From the human T2T-CHM13v2.0 reference genome, Homo sapiens, in assembly GCF_009914755.1 (NCBI RefSeq), contig NC_060929.1: DNA of 64,000 nt; one strand, given 5' to 3'. The notes under the pieces are model-generated. The model saw only the letters and a list, made by a program, of their open reading frames with translations, was not told the DNA's origin and did no database searches. The translations under genes were made by a program, and so were the position numbers. Shown piece after piece: positions 24,322 to 55,180 of the stretch (its first letter is position 1; each line of letters opens with the position of its first letter).

Positions 24322-25050
24322 TAGATCCAGCAACCCCACCTCTCGATATTTACCCAAAACATTTGAAATCAGTATGTCAAAGAGATGTCTACATTCCCAT
24401 GTTTGCTGTAGCACTGTTCACAATAGCCAAGATATGGAATCAACCTAAGTGTCCATCAAAGATGAACAGGTGAAGAAAATATGGTGTGGGGTGTGTGTGT
24501 GTGTGTGTGTGTGCGTGTGCGTGTGTACACAATGAAATACTAGTCAGCCTTGAAAAAGAAGGAAATCCTGTCACTTGGGACATCATGGATGGAACTAGAA
24601 AACATTATGCTAAGTGTAATACGCCAGACACAGAAAGACAAATACCACGTTCTTCCTTATGTATAAAATAAAAAACAATCAAACTCAAAGGAGCAGAAAG
24701 AAAAATGGTGGTTACCAGAGGCTGGGGGATGGGAGGAATGGGGAAATGATGGTCAAAGGGCACAAAGTCCTAGTTAGACAGGAAGAATAAGGTTTTTTCC
24801 TTTGCAATACATTGCACAGCATGGTGAATATAACAAAAATGTATTGAACATTTCAAAATTGCTCATAGAATAAAATTCAAATATTCTCACCACAAAAATG
24901 ATAAGTATTTGAGATGATGGATATGTTAATCAACTTGATTTAATTATTCCACATTGTATTCATAAATCATAACATCACTTTGTACCTCATAAATATAGGC
25001 AGCCATAATCTGTCAATTTTCAATTAAAAAAACAAAAAACCTAACAAACA
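24322..25050 (+). mobile_element. L1MA-type 3' end containing a (TG)n tract
   Basis: gatccagcaaccccac...agccaagatatggaatcaacctaagtgtccatc...A-rich tail. Confidence 0.8.
24491..24526. repeat. (TG)n microsatellite
   Basis: Direct inspection. Confidence 0.9.
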
Positions 25051-25073
25051 AAATGAAGAAAACCCATCAGTAA

Positions 25074-25416
25074 AGTCATGTGTCACCTAATGATGGGAAT
25101 ATATTCTGAGAAATGTGTTGTTAGGCAATTTTGTCGTTGTGTGAACACCATAGAGCATACATACACAAACCTAGATGGTATAGCCTACTATACCCCTGGG
25201 CTACATGGTAGAGCCTATAGTTCCTAGTCTACAAACCTGTACAACATGGTATAGCACTGAATACTGTAGGAAATCGTTACACATGGGTCAATATTTGTGT
25301 ATGTAAACATACCTAAACATAGAAAAGGAACAGTAAAAATACAATAGTATCTTATGGGACCACCACTGTCTATGTGGTCTGTCATTGACTGAAACATAAT
25401 TTGGTGCATAACTGTA
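25074..25416 (+). mobile_element. Tigger3a/MER7A-like DNA transposon fossil
   Basis: gtcatgtgtcacctaatgatggg...ttctgagaaatgtgttgttaggcaatttt...gcataactgta. Confidence 0.75.
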
Positions 25417-25499
25417 TAATAAAGCTGAATTTTTCAGGGAAAAAAGTTTCTTTCTGTATTATACAGGCATGAATATCCTAGCAATGCACTCGCACATAA

Positions 25500-25781
<282 letters not shown>

Positions 25782-26072
25782 TGATCTGCCTGCCTCGGCC
25801 TCCCAAAGTGCTAGGATTACAGGCATGAGCCACCGCGCCCAGCTGGGTTTTTTTTTTCATTTGTTTGTTTGAGAGATGAGGTCTAACCATGTTGCCCAGG
25901 CTGGTCTCCAACTCGTGGGCTCAAGTGATTCTCCCAGTTCAGCCTCTGGAGTAGCTCGGATGACAGGAGTGAGGCACCACGTGGGGGTGGGGAGCAGATA
26001 TACTCTACATTCAATAAATACTTGTTTAGTAACTGAATAAAGGAAGAGAGGAATAAAGAAACAAACTGAAAT

Positions 26073-27290
<1,218 letters not shown>

Positions 27291-27506
27291 CTATCCCACC
27301 TCAGGCCACGCACAGCAGGTTTGGTTAGACTGTACTTGCTTTTAGGGCAGAAAAACAAAACCGGCACCCTAGCAGGACTCCACAGCAGATACAGAGGAGT
27401 TATGCCTGCCTTTCTTCCCAGCAGAAAACTTCTCCTGGCAAAAATGCCTACAGATCAACTAGTATCACTGAGCCCTCCCCATGTGGAGACCACCCTAGTC
27501 ACCTAC

Positions 27507-27650
27507 CTGGTGACAGTGAAGCAGCCGGGAGAAGCAGAAATGCTCAACCTTGTGCCTCCAGGACAGAGTGCAGTTAAGAGGGACTTTCACCACCAGGCAT
27601 TTCAAAACAGCTGCTTTGCTATAGCTATTTAGAAATATTTCATCCTTCTC
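27507..27650 (-). other. CCDC125: Candidate alternative non-coding 5' exon of CCDC125 (5' end uncertain)
   Basis: Non-repeat segment ending in a strong donor CCAG|gtaggt at 27506. Confidence 0.35.
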
Positions 27651-27899
27651 TCAAGGCTCATTAAAAAAAAAAGTGGGGTGTGGGGGTATAAACATGTCTA
27701 ACATTTTTCTCTAAATATCCTGCTGTTTAAGTAGTTGCTTCCAAAACTTCGAAAGACATTTAATCTCAGTCTTGCATTTGTTGTGGAGATCTCTCTATTC
27801 TTCCACTATTAAACCTTATGTAGACACCAAATAAATCTGACCATGTATTAAGGAATTTCTGTCATTTTTAGGATCAAAATGCCATATATTTTCAATGTT

Positions 27900-28745
27900 A
27901 AAAACAAATACCCTTAAAAGATTTGAACAGATATGTCATCAAAGAAGATACATGGATGGAAAGATGCTCAGCATCATTAGTTATCAGGCAATTATAACTT
28001 AAACCCCAGTGAGATTCCACCTCACCGCACTGACAATTCCAAGTGCTGCTGAGGATGTGGAGTAACTGAAACTCTCATACATTGGTGATGTGAGTAAAAC
28101 ATGGTACAACCACTGTGGAAAACAATTTGATAGCTTCTTACAAACATGTGACCTGGCAACTGCATTCTTCAGGATTTACTCAAGAGAAACAGAACCCCAT
28201 GTCCGTACAAAGATGTGTGCATGAATATTCATACATCACTCAATTTGTCAAAAATTGGAAACAACCCAAGTGTCCATCTGCAGTAAAACAAAGAAACTGT
28301 GGTCTGTCCATACAACAGAATATATTTGTCAGTAAAGAACAACGCATTTCTGACATATGCATTACACATGCAATGCATTTCCGATATATGCAATGAATTT
28401 CCCAGACATTACGCTAACAAAAAAGCACATACTAGGCCGGATGTGGTGGCTCCCACCTGTAATCCCAGCATTTTGGGAGGCTGAGGTGTGAGAATCACTT
28501 GAGGCCAGGAGTTCGAAACCAGCCTGGGCAACATAGCGAGATCCCCATCACTAATTAAAACAATAAATAAATAAACAACAGCACATACTGTATGAAATAC
28601 TGGGAAAACTAACACACAATGATGGTAAACAAATTAATGGTTGCTTGGCATTGGAGAAATGACCACAAAGGGCATGAGGGAAGTTTTCTGGGGTAATGGA
28701 AAACTTCTATATCTTCACCACAGTGGCCACTTATCAAAACTCATT
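27900..28745 (+). mobile_element. L1ME-like fragment
   Basis: aaagatttgaacagatatgtcatcaaagaagatacatggatg...gaggatgtggagtaactgaaactctcatacattg. Confidence 0.65.
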
Positions 28746-28747
28746 AG

Positions 28748-33540
<4,793 letters not shown>

Positions 33541-33689
33541 TGACTTGCCCCAAATACAATGGTAATTAGCAGCAGAGCCAGGACTAGAAACAATATTTCT
33601 GGCTCTTTGTCCAGTCCTCTGGCCACTTGGGAAAGGCTGTAGGATGAATAGATTACAGTCTGTTAGCAGTCGTCTCACTTTTCCACTAA

Positions 33690-35700
<2,011 letters not shown>

Positions 35701-36299
35701 CAGAATCGAAAGAGAAAACCGATTCCTGCCCGGAAACCTTTGGACAGAAGAATCTACATTCAGTAGCCTGACAACTCTGCCTTAGCAAACAAGTTGGTCA
35801 AACATGCCTAACTCCATGACAAAGAGGAACTAACTTGAGCCCTCCCTGGTGAACAATGGCCTGCTGCACTTTGCTTTAGGATTTTGTTTCTTAACTTTTC
35901 ATTTTAGAATAATTTTAGATGTACAGTAAATTGCAAAGATAGTACTAAGAATTCCTGTGTACCTTTTACCCAAATTCCTCTAATGTCAACATTTGTGTAC
36001 AATTTGTCGAAATTAAGAAATTAACATGGGTACGTGCTATTAACTAAACCACAGCCTTTATTATTTTTTCCACTAATGTCTTTTTCTGTTTCAGGATCCA
36101 AACCAGGATACTGGCGCTATAGTTTTATAAGGCTCAAAATTAACAGAAGAGAAAAAAAGTAAAGCAGGTGGAGAGGCAGAGAGAGAAATAGGGTCTCTGA
36201 AATCTATTTCTTATTTTTTTCTTATCAGACGAGGCCATTAAACTGGCATTCAGGGAAAAGGATTTGGGCAGTTTGTCCACAACCTGCAGAGTTTCCACG

Positions 36300-36630
36300 A
36301 ATCTGCGCATCCCGCCCCTGCCCTGGGTCCTCCCCACTCCCGGTTCCCACCTGCCAGGTCTGACCCCGGGTACCCTCTCAAGGTCCGTGGCGGGGACCGG
36401 AGCCCGGACTCCAGCTCAGCGAACAGCACCCTCCTACCGCCCCGGCGCCCCACTCAGCTCGCTCACCTGGCAAGTAGCCTCCTCTCCGTGCGCGTGCGCC
36501 GCTGCCGCCGCGCGTCCTCCGGGCCACCACGTGACCGCGTGGGCGCAGTCCCAGACAGGAAACGCCGGTGAGGTCGCCCTGGGCCATGGAGGCAGCTCGC
36601 GCTACTTTTTCGCGACCTCACTGTGTTCCT
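36300..36630. promoter_or_regulatory. CpG-island promoter of CCDC125
   Basis: High GC and CpG density; NRF1-type GCGCACGCGCA (minus, 36489-36499), E-box GTCACGTG (minus, 36528-36535), E2F-like TTTTCGCG (36607-36614). Confidence 0.75.
36467..36620 (-). other. CCDC125: CCDC125 non-coding first exon (5' end approximate)
   Basis: Within the CpG-rich block, ends in strong donor CAG|gtgagc at 36466; it is the clearest non-repeat CpG-rich segment upstream of the first coding exon. Confidence 0.75.
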
Positions 36631-36782
36631 GTGTGCAACCTGATGTTAGCTCTGTCCACCTTCAGCTCCAAAGCCAACCACGGGTAACCAATATGCAAAC
36701 AATGACATGAGATTTAGAAAAACAACAAGACGGGGCCTGTGTCAATACAGGTAAAATTTGGTGGTTCAAACATTGAGGTTCA

Positions 36783-37390
<608 letters not shown>

Positions 37391-37573
37391 ATTAAGTCTC
37401 TAGGAATCCTGTAAGAGAAGGGTAGATCGGGCCAGGTGCGGTGGCTCACGCCTGTTAACCCAGCACTTTGGGAGGCCAAGGTGGGTGGATCACCTGAGGT
37501 CAGAAGTTTGAGACCAGCCTGGCCAACATGGTGAAACCCCATCTCCACTAAAATACAAAATTTAGCCGGTCGT

Positions 37574-38329
37574 CACACGTCCGGAGGCCGAGCCGTCGCG
37601 TACCTAGGATGCCGCGTGGAAGCCGAAGCCGCACCTCCCGCATGGCCCCTCCGGCCAGCCAGGCCCCCTCAGATGAGAGCTGCACCCAGGCCAGTACCAG
37701 TCGTTCAGCCACCAGCAGCGGCACCCCCATCTGTAGTTGGCTCTTCTGCTGCTGCGCCCCGGCAGCCAGGTCTGATGGCCCAGATGGCAACCACTGCAGC
37801 TGGCGTGGCTGTGGGCTCTGCTGTGGGTCACGCCATTACTGGGGCTTTCAGGGGAGGAAGTAATGCTGAGCCTGCGAGGCCTGACATCACTTACCAGGAG
37901 CCTCAGGGAACCCAGCCGGCACAGCAGCAGCAGCCTTGCTTCTATGAGATCAGTTTCTGGAGTGTGCCCAGAACCAGGGTGACATCAAGCTCTGTGAGGG
38001 TTTCAATGAGGTGCTGAAACAGTGCCGACTTGCAAACGGATTGGCCTAATCAAGAAGTTCAACCTGGAGAGATGGAAAATCAGCTCTCATAACTAAGTTA
38101 ATTTAGTATAAAAATAGAATTGATAGTGAGGGTATAAAGTGTAACCATGAGTTAAACCTCTCCTGTCATTCCTAGCTTCCTTGCTTCAGAATTGAAATGG
38201 AAGGGGGGTGTTCCTACTCTGTAGAATCTGTGACAGGGCAAATGTTTGTGTGGCCTCCTTAAACTAGCTGTTATGATTTTATTCTTTGTGAGTTAATTAG
38301 AATAAAGTCATTTTCTTCCAAAAAAAAAA
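37574..38329 (+). pseudogene. CHCHD2P2: CHCHD2 processed pseudogene inserted into an Alu
   Basis: [17 protein letters not shown] from ATG 37609; +1 frameshift, 12-nt and 4-nt deletions; ...RLANGLA TAA 38047-38049; AATAAA 38301, poly(A), TSD AAAA(T)TTAGCCGGTCGT. Pseudogene number from recall. Confidence 0.93.
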
Positions 38330-38332
38330 TTA

Positions 38333-38554
<222 letters not shown>

Positions 38555-38832
38555 CTAAGCTGAGGTTCAGAGGTAGAGGCAGTCATTGAAAAACAGGCTT
38601 TTGCGGGCGGGCGGCGTCCACTGCAAGGATGCACTGTCTGGCTCCCTCTGGAGGCGGGAGCACGAAGGAGCGACCACGGAGCCCTTGAGCCTGTGGATGG
38701 TGGCCTCGGCGGCCGGCAGGCCATGCTGGAGTATCTGCCAACCTGATGAAGACGAGGACGTCCCACAAGTTCCGGACAGACGTGGCCGCCAAATTAATGA
38801 GGAAAGAAAAGGAGTCTTTTTTTTTTTTTTAA

Positions 38833-38991
<159 letters not shown>

Positions 38992-40294
38992 TAGTAGACA
39001 GGGGGTTTCTCCATGTTGGTCAGGCTGGTCTCGAACTCCTGACCTCAGGTGATTCGCCCGCCTTGGCCTCCCAAAGTGCCGGGATTACAGGCGTGAGCCA
39101 CCGTGGCTGACCAAAGGTGTCTTAAGCTTAGAAAAATGATAAAAGATATAAAAGCTGCCTAGGAATGAAACTACTGGGTCATATGAGGCTCCTTCAGGGT
39201 GCGCAAAGTCCTGGAAACCAGCATGCAGATAAGGAAAGAAAGAGACCATCAGTCCATGCAGTTGTCAGCTGGCTGGGAGCTGAGGAGAGTCACTTGTGGA
39301 GGCACCTGATCTTTGTCCCCCACGTCCCAGACAAGCCCATATCTCACTTTCAGAACTAAGATGCTTGGGAAACCAAGACAAGGAACTGTGTATTGCAAAC
39401 AGCATTACCCTAGAGAAGAAGTGGCAGGAGATGACCTACAAAAAAATGGAGCAATAGCCTAGAGCAAGAAACAGAACAAAAGAGAACTGAGTCACCTCCT
39501 GGAAGGTCACACAAGACAAGCACATATTCAGGGGCCTCCTAACAGACTAGACTTCCAGCATCCTCAGTTGGGGCTAGACACTTTTTACATAGACATTCAA
39601 TACTAGAGAACTCAGGGACATCTGATTTATACCATGAAATACATACACAGCAGATGTGTGCCTGTGGAGCAGAATTCTGGAAAAGCTCACAGCCCAGAAC
39701 ATAATGCAGACTCCCCCAGCCACAGCACCTTCCAATCCTGAGAAGAGTGCTGATTCTCCATCTGAGCACCCATTCTCCTGCAACATCAGGGGAGAGGAGT
39801 TCACCTAAGGATCAGACCAGTATCTCCAAACCCAGCTCCCCACCTCTGCCTGTTGGTGGCACTTGTGGGTGAAGGGGAGATGGTATGAAAAGACTCACAA
39901 CAGGAGTCACCTGAACAAGGTGGGGCTTGGTGGAAACTGACATTTGTTCCTGTTGGAGGCAAATGTGGAATTTGGCATCTTGCCTTAGCAACAGACACAT
40001 GAAATTCTCCAGTGCCCAGGACTTTTGACAGTGACTTCAAAGCACAGCTGGGAGACCCATGTGGCCCAGGCTCTACCCAGGCAGGAGCTCAGCTTCACTC
40101 ACAGCAGGATTCCTAGTGCCAAGAACACCATGGGTGCATAGCAGGTGATCAAAATAATTGTATGTGGCTGAATCAGTGAGAGGTAAGAGAGAGGACTTGA
40201 GGCCGGGCACGGTGGCTCATGACTGTAATCCCAGCACTTTGGGAGGCTGAGGTGGGTGAATCACAAGGTCATGAGATCAAGACCATCCTGGCTA

Positions 40295-40510
<216 letters not shown>

Positions 40511-40524
40511 CTAGCGGCAAACTA

Positions 40525-40668
<144 letters not shown>

Positions 40669-40829
40669 TTAAAAAAAATTGGATGAGCATAGTTATAGTC
40701 CTAGCTGCTTGGGAGGCTAAGGCAGGAGGACTGCTGGAGCCCAGGAGTTTGAGGTTAGAGTGAGCTATGATTGCACCACTGCAATCCAGCCTGGGCAATG
40801 CAGTGAGCCCTGTCTCTCTCTACAAAAAT

Positions 40830-41000
40830 CATATATATATATATAATATATACATAATATATATAATATATACATAATATATAATATATACATAATATAT
40901 AATATAATATACCATAATATACATAATATATAATATATAATGTATATATTATATATACATTATATATATAATATATATTTAGTGTGTGTATGTGTGTGTG
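40830..41000. repeat. AT-rich (TA)n / ATATAATATATACATA low-complexity minisatellite
   Basis: Direct inspection; grown from an Alu tail. Confidence 0.85.
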
Positions 41001-41039
41001 ATATCAGAAAAAAAAACTATTCATCGTGAAGTAAAAAAG

Positions 41040-41245
41040 AGCCTGACTTTGGAGGTATATAAGCATGGCATTGGGTTCAAATCAAGCTCTGACAATTACC
41101 AAGCTCAGCCTCAGCGTCTCTACCTGTGAAATTGGCTTGATTCAGTACCTACCACACAGGGCTGCTATATGAATTGTTTGTGAAATATTTAGAATGGTGC
41201 CTGACACATGGTTCACAGTAAGAAACAACTATTGCTATTATTAAG
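41040..41245 (+). mobile_element. MIR SINE (inside the putative retrocopy)
   Basis: gggttcaaatcaagctctg...cctcagcgtctctacctgtgaaattgg...tagaatggtgcctgacacatgg. Confidence 0.6.
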
Positions 41246-41830
41246 TGCTTTGCACTTTGGTTTTCACAGAGCTAATGGTTTTCACAGAGCTAACAATTTT
41301 TACTGTCTAGCTTTGTGTCTTTGAAAGATTTTTGAGGTCTAAGAATGCCGTTTTAAAACCTCTCAACACTCCTAGAAGAGGTCACACTTTGAGCTTCAAT
41401 AACTGCCTTTTTTTTTTTTTTGAGACGGAGTTTCGCTCTTTTGCCCAAGCTGGAGTGAAATGGCGCGATCTCGACCCACTGAATCCTCAGCCCCCTGAAT
41501 CCTCAGCCCCCTGGGTTCAAGAAATTCTCCTGCCTCAGCCTCCCGAGTAGCTGGGATTACAAGTGCCCGCCACCACGCCCGGCTAATTTTTGTATTTTTA
41601 GTAGAAACAGGGTTTCACCATGTTGGCCAGATTGGTCTCAAACTCCTGACCTTAGGTGACCTGCCCGCCTCAGCCTCCCAAATTGGTAGGATTACAGGCA
41701 TGAGCCACCGTACCCGGCCAATAGCTGGCATTTTTGTCAATTAGTTAACAGTGTGCTTAGAGCAAGTCCCTGTAGAGAGTGTCCACGGGCATGAGCCACA
41801 GGGAATACAGTGCGAGGCCTGTGGAGGTAG

Positions 41831-42289
<459 letters not shown>

Positions 42290-42419
42290 TAGCCAGGATA
42301 GTCTTGATCTCCTGACCTTGTAATCCACCCGTCTTGGTCTCCCAAAGTGCTGGGATTACAGGTGTGAGCCACCACGCCTGGCCAATTGCACACATTTTTA
42401 AAAGAACTGGAGGGGTGAA

Positions 42420-42527
42420 GAGTACCAGCTGTCCCTACTGGGCCAGGACTGCCCTGGTTTTAACACTAAATGTCCCACATCCTGATAACCCTCAATCCCA
42501 CGCAAATCAGGCCAGATGGTCATCTAC
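42420..42527. mobile_element. MER96-like hAT MITE fossil
   Basis: ctgtccctactgggccaggactgccctggttttaacactaaatgtcccacatcctg...ggccagatggtcatcta. Confidence 0.45.
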
Positions 42528-44003
42528 TTGGAAGTTATCAAAGGAGGTGGGTTTTAGCATCCCTTCCCTTTCCTGTTACATTGAGACCATGGGGTGCTGT
42601 TAACTTGATTTTAGTTTCTTCAAAAATGCCAGAAATTTAGCTAATAGGTTTTCCTTATATTTGTTAATTGAATTAGACTATATACAGTCTGCATGTTTAC
42701 CTTATTTTCCATTATATAATGGCACCAAATATTGCAATAATTTTTTTAAATTAATGTCTTTAGTAATGGATTGCTAGGTGTTGAAATGCTTTAATATATT
42801 TATGAAAACATTTGTACAAATAATTTTATCTTCCACATGACATTTAGAAAAGTTTAGTCTGGCTGGGCGTGGTGGCTCACTCATGTAATCCCAGCACCTT
42901 GGGAGGCCGAGGTGGGTTGATCACCTGAGGTTAGGAGTTTGAGACCAGCCTGGCCAACATGGTGAAATCCCGTCTCTACTAAAAATACAAAAATTAGCTG
43001 GGCCTTGTGGTGCGGACCTGTAGTCCCAGCTACTTGGGAGGCTGAGGCAGGAGAATCACTTGAATCACTCCGGGAGGTGGAGGTTGCAGTGAGACAAGAT
43101 TGCACCACTGCACTCCAGCCTGAGTGACAGAGTGAGACCCCGTTTCAAAAAAAAAAAAGAGAAGAGAAGAGAAAATAAGAAAATAAAAGGAAAGGTTTAG
43201 TCTGAAATTCCATTACTGAAAGTTCTTGGGGTTGGGGGAGGTGGAAGGCAGTATCTTTTTGCTGTTATATTTCTTATACTGCAGTGTCAGTGAAACTACA
43301 TCATCCTTTGTAAAATCAATAAAATCCCTGATAATTTAAAAAAAAAAAGAACAAAAGAAAAGCAGGCTTTCATTACTGAGAAACCAAGCAGGCATTGTAG
43401 GCCAAAGGAATTCCTGGAGCAAAGTCATGGAAGTGGAAACCAACAGGAATGGCCCTGTGGGCTTAGAAAGCTACTACTGGGGACTGTTACCTATTCCTGG
43501 TGGTTTTCTGAGATGGGTGCTACCTACCTATAACCCCATGAAAACATGCTGCATCATAACTTCATTACCTTGGTGAAATAATTTTGGTTTTATTTCCTAA
43601 TATCCTACAACCTTGGAATAACCAAAGGGACGTGGTAGTGGTCAAAAAACTGCTGGGTCTAAAGATCATTCTGCATTAACAACAAAGACAAGTAATAAAC
43701 ACTTTCCTCGCAGTGACAAACCTCTTTATTCTTTCTCTTCTCCAGATCCAGCTCACATTTGCCTTAACCACTTATACCCCAAAAGTAAACATATCTAGGT
43801 ATACTGGGAAATATACGAGACTTAAAATTGAGGCTCTAAAATTTCTCCTGATTATAAATAAGGTCAATGCTATGTGCACATTAGATGCTCAAGGATTTAA
43901 GATTATTTTAAAAGATTAATACATAGGCTGGGTGAAGTGGCTCACGCTTGTAATCCAGCACTTTAGGAGGCCGAGGCAGGTGGATCACAAAGTCAGGAGT
44001 TCA

Positions 44004-44237
<234 letters not shown>

Positions 44238-44815
44238 TTAAAGTCAGTTTGCCTAGTATCTATTATGGTAGAGTAGGCACATCAAATAGCTTTTGCAAAC
44301 CAAAAATAATTTTTCTTCACTTAAAACTCTGACATGTATTTAAAACAACAGTCTTCACTCTAAAAATATTTCAAGGCTTACTCCCACCTGTCCCCCTTAA
44401 AAAAACTTTAAGATAACCTCTAAGATAACCCTGATTTCTTTGTCAAAACTTTTCCAAAATTTAGAACTGTGGAGGCATGGATATAAAATTTATTTTTGGA
44501 CCGGGCACGGTGGCTCACACATGTAATCCCAGCACTTTGGGAGGCTGAGACGGACAGATCACCTGAGGTCAGGAGTTCAAGACCAGCCTGACCAACATGG
44601 GGAAACCCTGTCTCTACTAAAAACACAAAATTAGCCAGGCATGGTGGTAGGTGCCTGTAATCCCAGCTACTTGAGACATACTCAAATTGTACATATAGCT
44701 TTTAAAGACTTTCGGCATATATTTGTTAAGCAATAGTTTAGCAGCATTGTACATGTATTTTTTGTCTTTTTTTGTTACCTGAGCACATGTTTTTTAAAAA
44801 TAAATTTTATTTTAA

Positions 44816-45520
<705 letters not shown>

Positions 45521-46295
45521 TTATGAATAATGCTATAAACAGTCATGGACAAGTTTTTGTATGGGTGTATGTTTTCATTTCTCATGGGTATAGAACTAGG
45601 AGTGAAATTGCTGGGCCATATAGTACTCTATATTTAACATTTTGAGGAAATGCCAAGTGGTTTTTCAAAGTGGCTACACCATTTTATATTAACACTAGTT
45701 ATGTGTAAGGGTTCCAATTTATCCACATCCTCACCAACACCTGTTATTGTTTGTCTTTTTGCTTTTAGTCATTCTAGTGGGTGTGAAACAATCTCTCATG
45801 ATGGTTTTAATTTGCATTTTTCCTAATGACTAATGATGTTGAGCATCTTTTATGTGCTTATTGGCAATTTGCATATCTTCTTTGAAGAAATGTCCATTAA
45901 ATTTCATTGTCCATTTTTCAACAGGGTTATTTATCTTTTTATGATTAAGTTATAAGAGTTCTTACTTAATCAGATATAATTTGTTATCTGATTAGAGTTC
46001 TAGACTCTAATCAGATATAATTTACAAATATTTTCTACCATTGTGTAGGTTGTCTTTTCACAGTCTTAAGGGTGTCTATTGAACCACAAAAGTTTTTAAA
46101 TTTTGGTGAAGTCTGATTTATCTATTTTTTTCTTTAGTTGCTTATGCTTTTGGTGTCATACCTAAGAAGGCTTTGCCTCACAAAGGCTGATGAAGGTTTA
46201 CTCCTATATGTTCTTCTAAGAATGTATTGTTTTAGCTGTTACATTTAGATCTGTGATCCTTTAGAGCTTTAGAGTTACTTTTTGTGTATGTGTGA

Positions 46296-46673
<378 letters not shown>

Positions 46674-46690
46674 TAAAAGATTGTTCTTTC

Positions 46691-46879
46691 ATAGCATTAG
46701 GAGAAATACCTAATGTAGATGATGGGTTGATGGGTGCAGCAAACCACCATGGCACATGTATACCTATGTAACAAACCTGCACGTTCTGCACATGTATCCC
46801 AAAACTTAAAGTATAATTAAAAAAAGAAAAAGACAAACACACAAAAAAACAAAAAACAAAAACAAAACACAACAAACAA
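46691..46879 (+). mobile_element. 5'-truncated L1PA (primate) 3' end with A-rich tail
   Basis: gcattaggagaaatacctaatgtagat...acttaaagtataat; perfect 16-bp TSD aaaagattgttctttc (46675-46690, 46880-46895) at a TT/AAAA site. Confidence 0.9.
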
Positions 46880-47416
46880 AAAAGATTGTTCTTTCTATGT
46901 TCAGTTGTCTTGGCAAGCTTATGAAAATTAATTGGTTATAAATATAAGGGCTTATTTTTGGTCTCTCAATCCTATTCCATTAATCTATATGTCTATTCTT
47001 ATGCCAGTACTACCCTGTCTTAATGTGGCATTAGTAGTAAGTTTGAAAATCAAGAAATGTGAGTCCTGCAACTTTGTTTTGGCAGTTCTGAGTCCCTTGA
47101 ATTTCCGTATGTATTTTAGGATTAGCTTGTCAGTTTCTACAAGGAAGCCAGCTGGGAATTATGATATGGATTGTGCTAATACTGTACATCAATTGGCAAG
47201 TATTGCCATTTTAGCAATGTTAAGTTTTCTGATGCATGAAGATGGGATAGCTTTCTTTTTTGTGTGTGAGATGGAGTCCTGCTCTTTTGCCTACACTGGA
47301 GTGCAGTGGTGCGATCTTGGCTCAATGCAATCTCTGCCTCCTGGATTCAAGCAATTCTCCTGCTTCAGCCTCCTGAGTAGGTGGGATTACAGGCATGCAC
47401 CACCATGCTCAGCTAA

Positions 47417-47558
<142 letters not shown>

Positions 47559-47712
47559 TAGCTGGGATTACAGGCATGCACCACCAGGCCCAGCTAATTT
47601 TTATATTTTTAGTAGAGACGGGGTTTCACCATGTTGGTCAGGCTGGTCTCGAACTCCTAACCTCGTGATCCACCCACCTCAGCCTCCCAAAGTGCTGGGA
47701 TTAAAGTCATGA

Positions 47713-48478
<766 letters not shown>

Positions 48479-48496
48479 TAATAAAATTCACCAGTG

Positions 48497-48651
48497 GCTC
48501 TCTCTTCTTCCTGCTCTAGCCATGTAAGACGTGCCTGCTTCTCCTTGGCCTTCTACCATGATTATAAGTTCCCTCAGGCCTCCCCAGCCATGCTTCCTAT
48601 ATAGCCTGTGGAACCATGAGCCAATTAAACCTCTTTTCTTTATAAACAATA
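48497..48651 (+). mobile_element. MST (MaLR) LTR 3' fragment ending at its poly(A) site
   Basis: gccatgtaagacgtgcctgcttc...gaaccatgagccaattaaacctcttttctttataaa then A-rich tail; 14-bp TSD. Confidence 0.75.
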
Positions 48652-48740
48652 AAAAAAATCGCCAGGTGTGGTGGCTTACACCTGTAATCCCAGCACTTTG
48701 GGAGGCCAAGGTGGGTGGATCACCTGAGGCTGGGAGTTCA

Positions 48741-48965
<225 letters not shown>

Positions 48966-49404
48966 TTAATTAATTAATTTAAAAAAATCACCAGTGAAGC
49001 CATCTGTGCCTGGACCTTTCTGTGTAGGAAGTTTTAAAATTACTAATTTATTATATTTTCTTGTTATAGGCCTATTCATAATTTATATTTCTTCTTGAAT
49101 CAGTTTCAGAAGTTTGTGAATTTCTAGGAATTTGTCCATTTAATATAAATTATCTAATTTGTTGGCATACAGTTGTTTATAGTTTTCCTTTATAATCCAT
49201 TTGATTTCCGTAGTCAGTAGTGATATCCCCTCCCTTCTCTTTTTTGTTAATCTAGATTAAGGTTTGCCGATTTTGTTGATTTTTTTAAATCAAGTTGTTT
49301 TATTATTTTGATAATTCTGTACATATTCTAGATACACACCTGATATCAGATATTCATTTTGCATTTTCTCCAATCTGTGATTTGTGCTTTCATCTTCTTT
49401 CTCT

Positions 49405-49585
49405 TTTTTAAAATTTGTAGAGATGGAGTCTTTCTATGTTGCCCAGGCTGGCATGCAGTAGCTATTTGCAGGCACAGTCATACCTCACTACAACCTTCAA
49501 CTCCAGGGCTCAAGTGATCCTCCTACCTCAGCCTCCCTAGTAGCTGGGAGTAGTTTGGACTAGGGTGAGCACTGCTGCCCTGGCT
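49405..49585 (-). mobile_element. FAM (fossil Alu monomer)
   Basis: gcagtagctatttgcaggcacagtcatacctcactacaacc segment characteristic of FAM/7SL-proximal monomers. Confidence 0.55.
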
Positions 49586-49794
49586 CTTTGTGCTTTCATT
49601 TTCTTAACATTGTCTTTTGAAGAGAGAAAGAGTTATGAATTTTGCTGAAGTCCCATGTATCAGTCCCTTTATGGTTTGTGCTTTTTGTGTCTTATCAGAA
49701 AAATCTTTTTTCTAATCCAAGACACTAAATTTTTTCACTTGTTGAAAGATTATTCTTTCCCCCATTGACTTGCCTTTGGACTTCCATCAAAAAT

Positions 49795-55180
<5,386 letters not shown>

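Noticed and set aside
36264-36710. 148-aa plus-strand ORF over the CpG island
   Set aside because: Non-ATG start in GC-rich stop-poor sequence; no recognisable protein
37609-38049. Functional CHCHD2 retrogene
   Set aside because: +1 frameshift near codon 20 leads to a stop at 37863; a second frameshift disrupts the CHCH domain
41258-41293. Perfect 18-bp tandem duplication tggttttcacagagctaa (similar small duplications inside Alus near 41480 and 50270)
   Set aside because: Ordinary slippage duplications, no array or spacer structure
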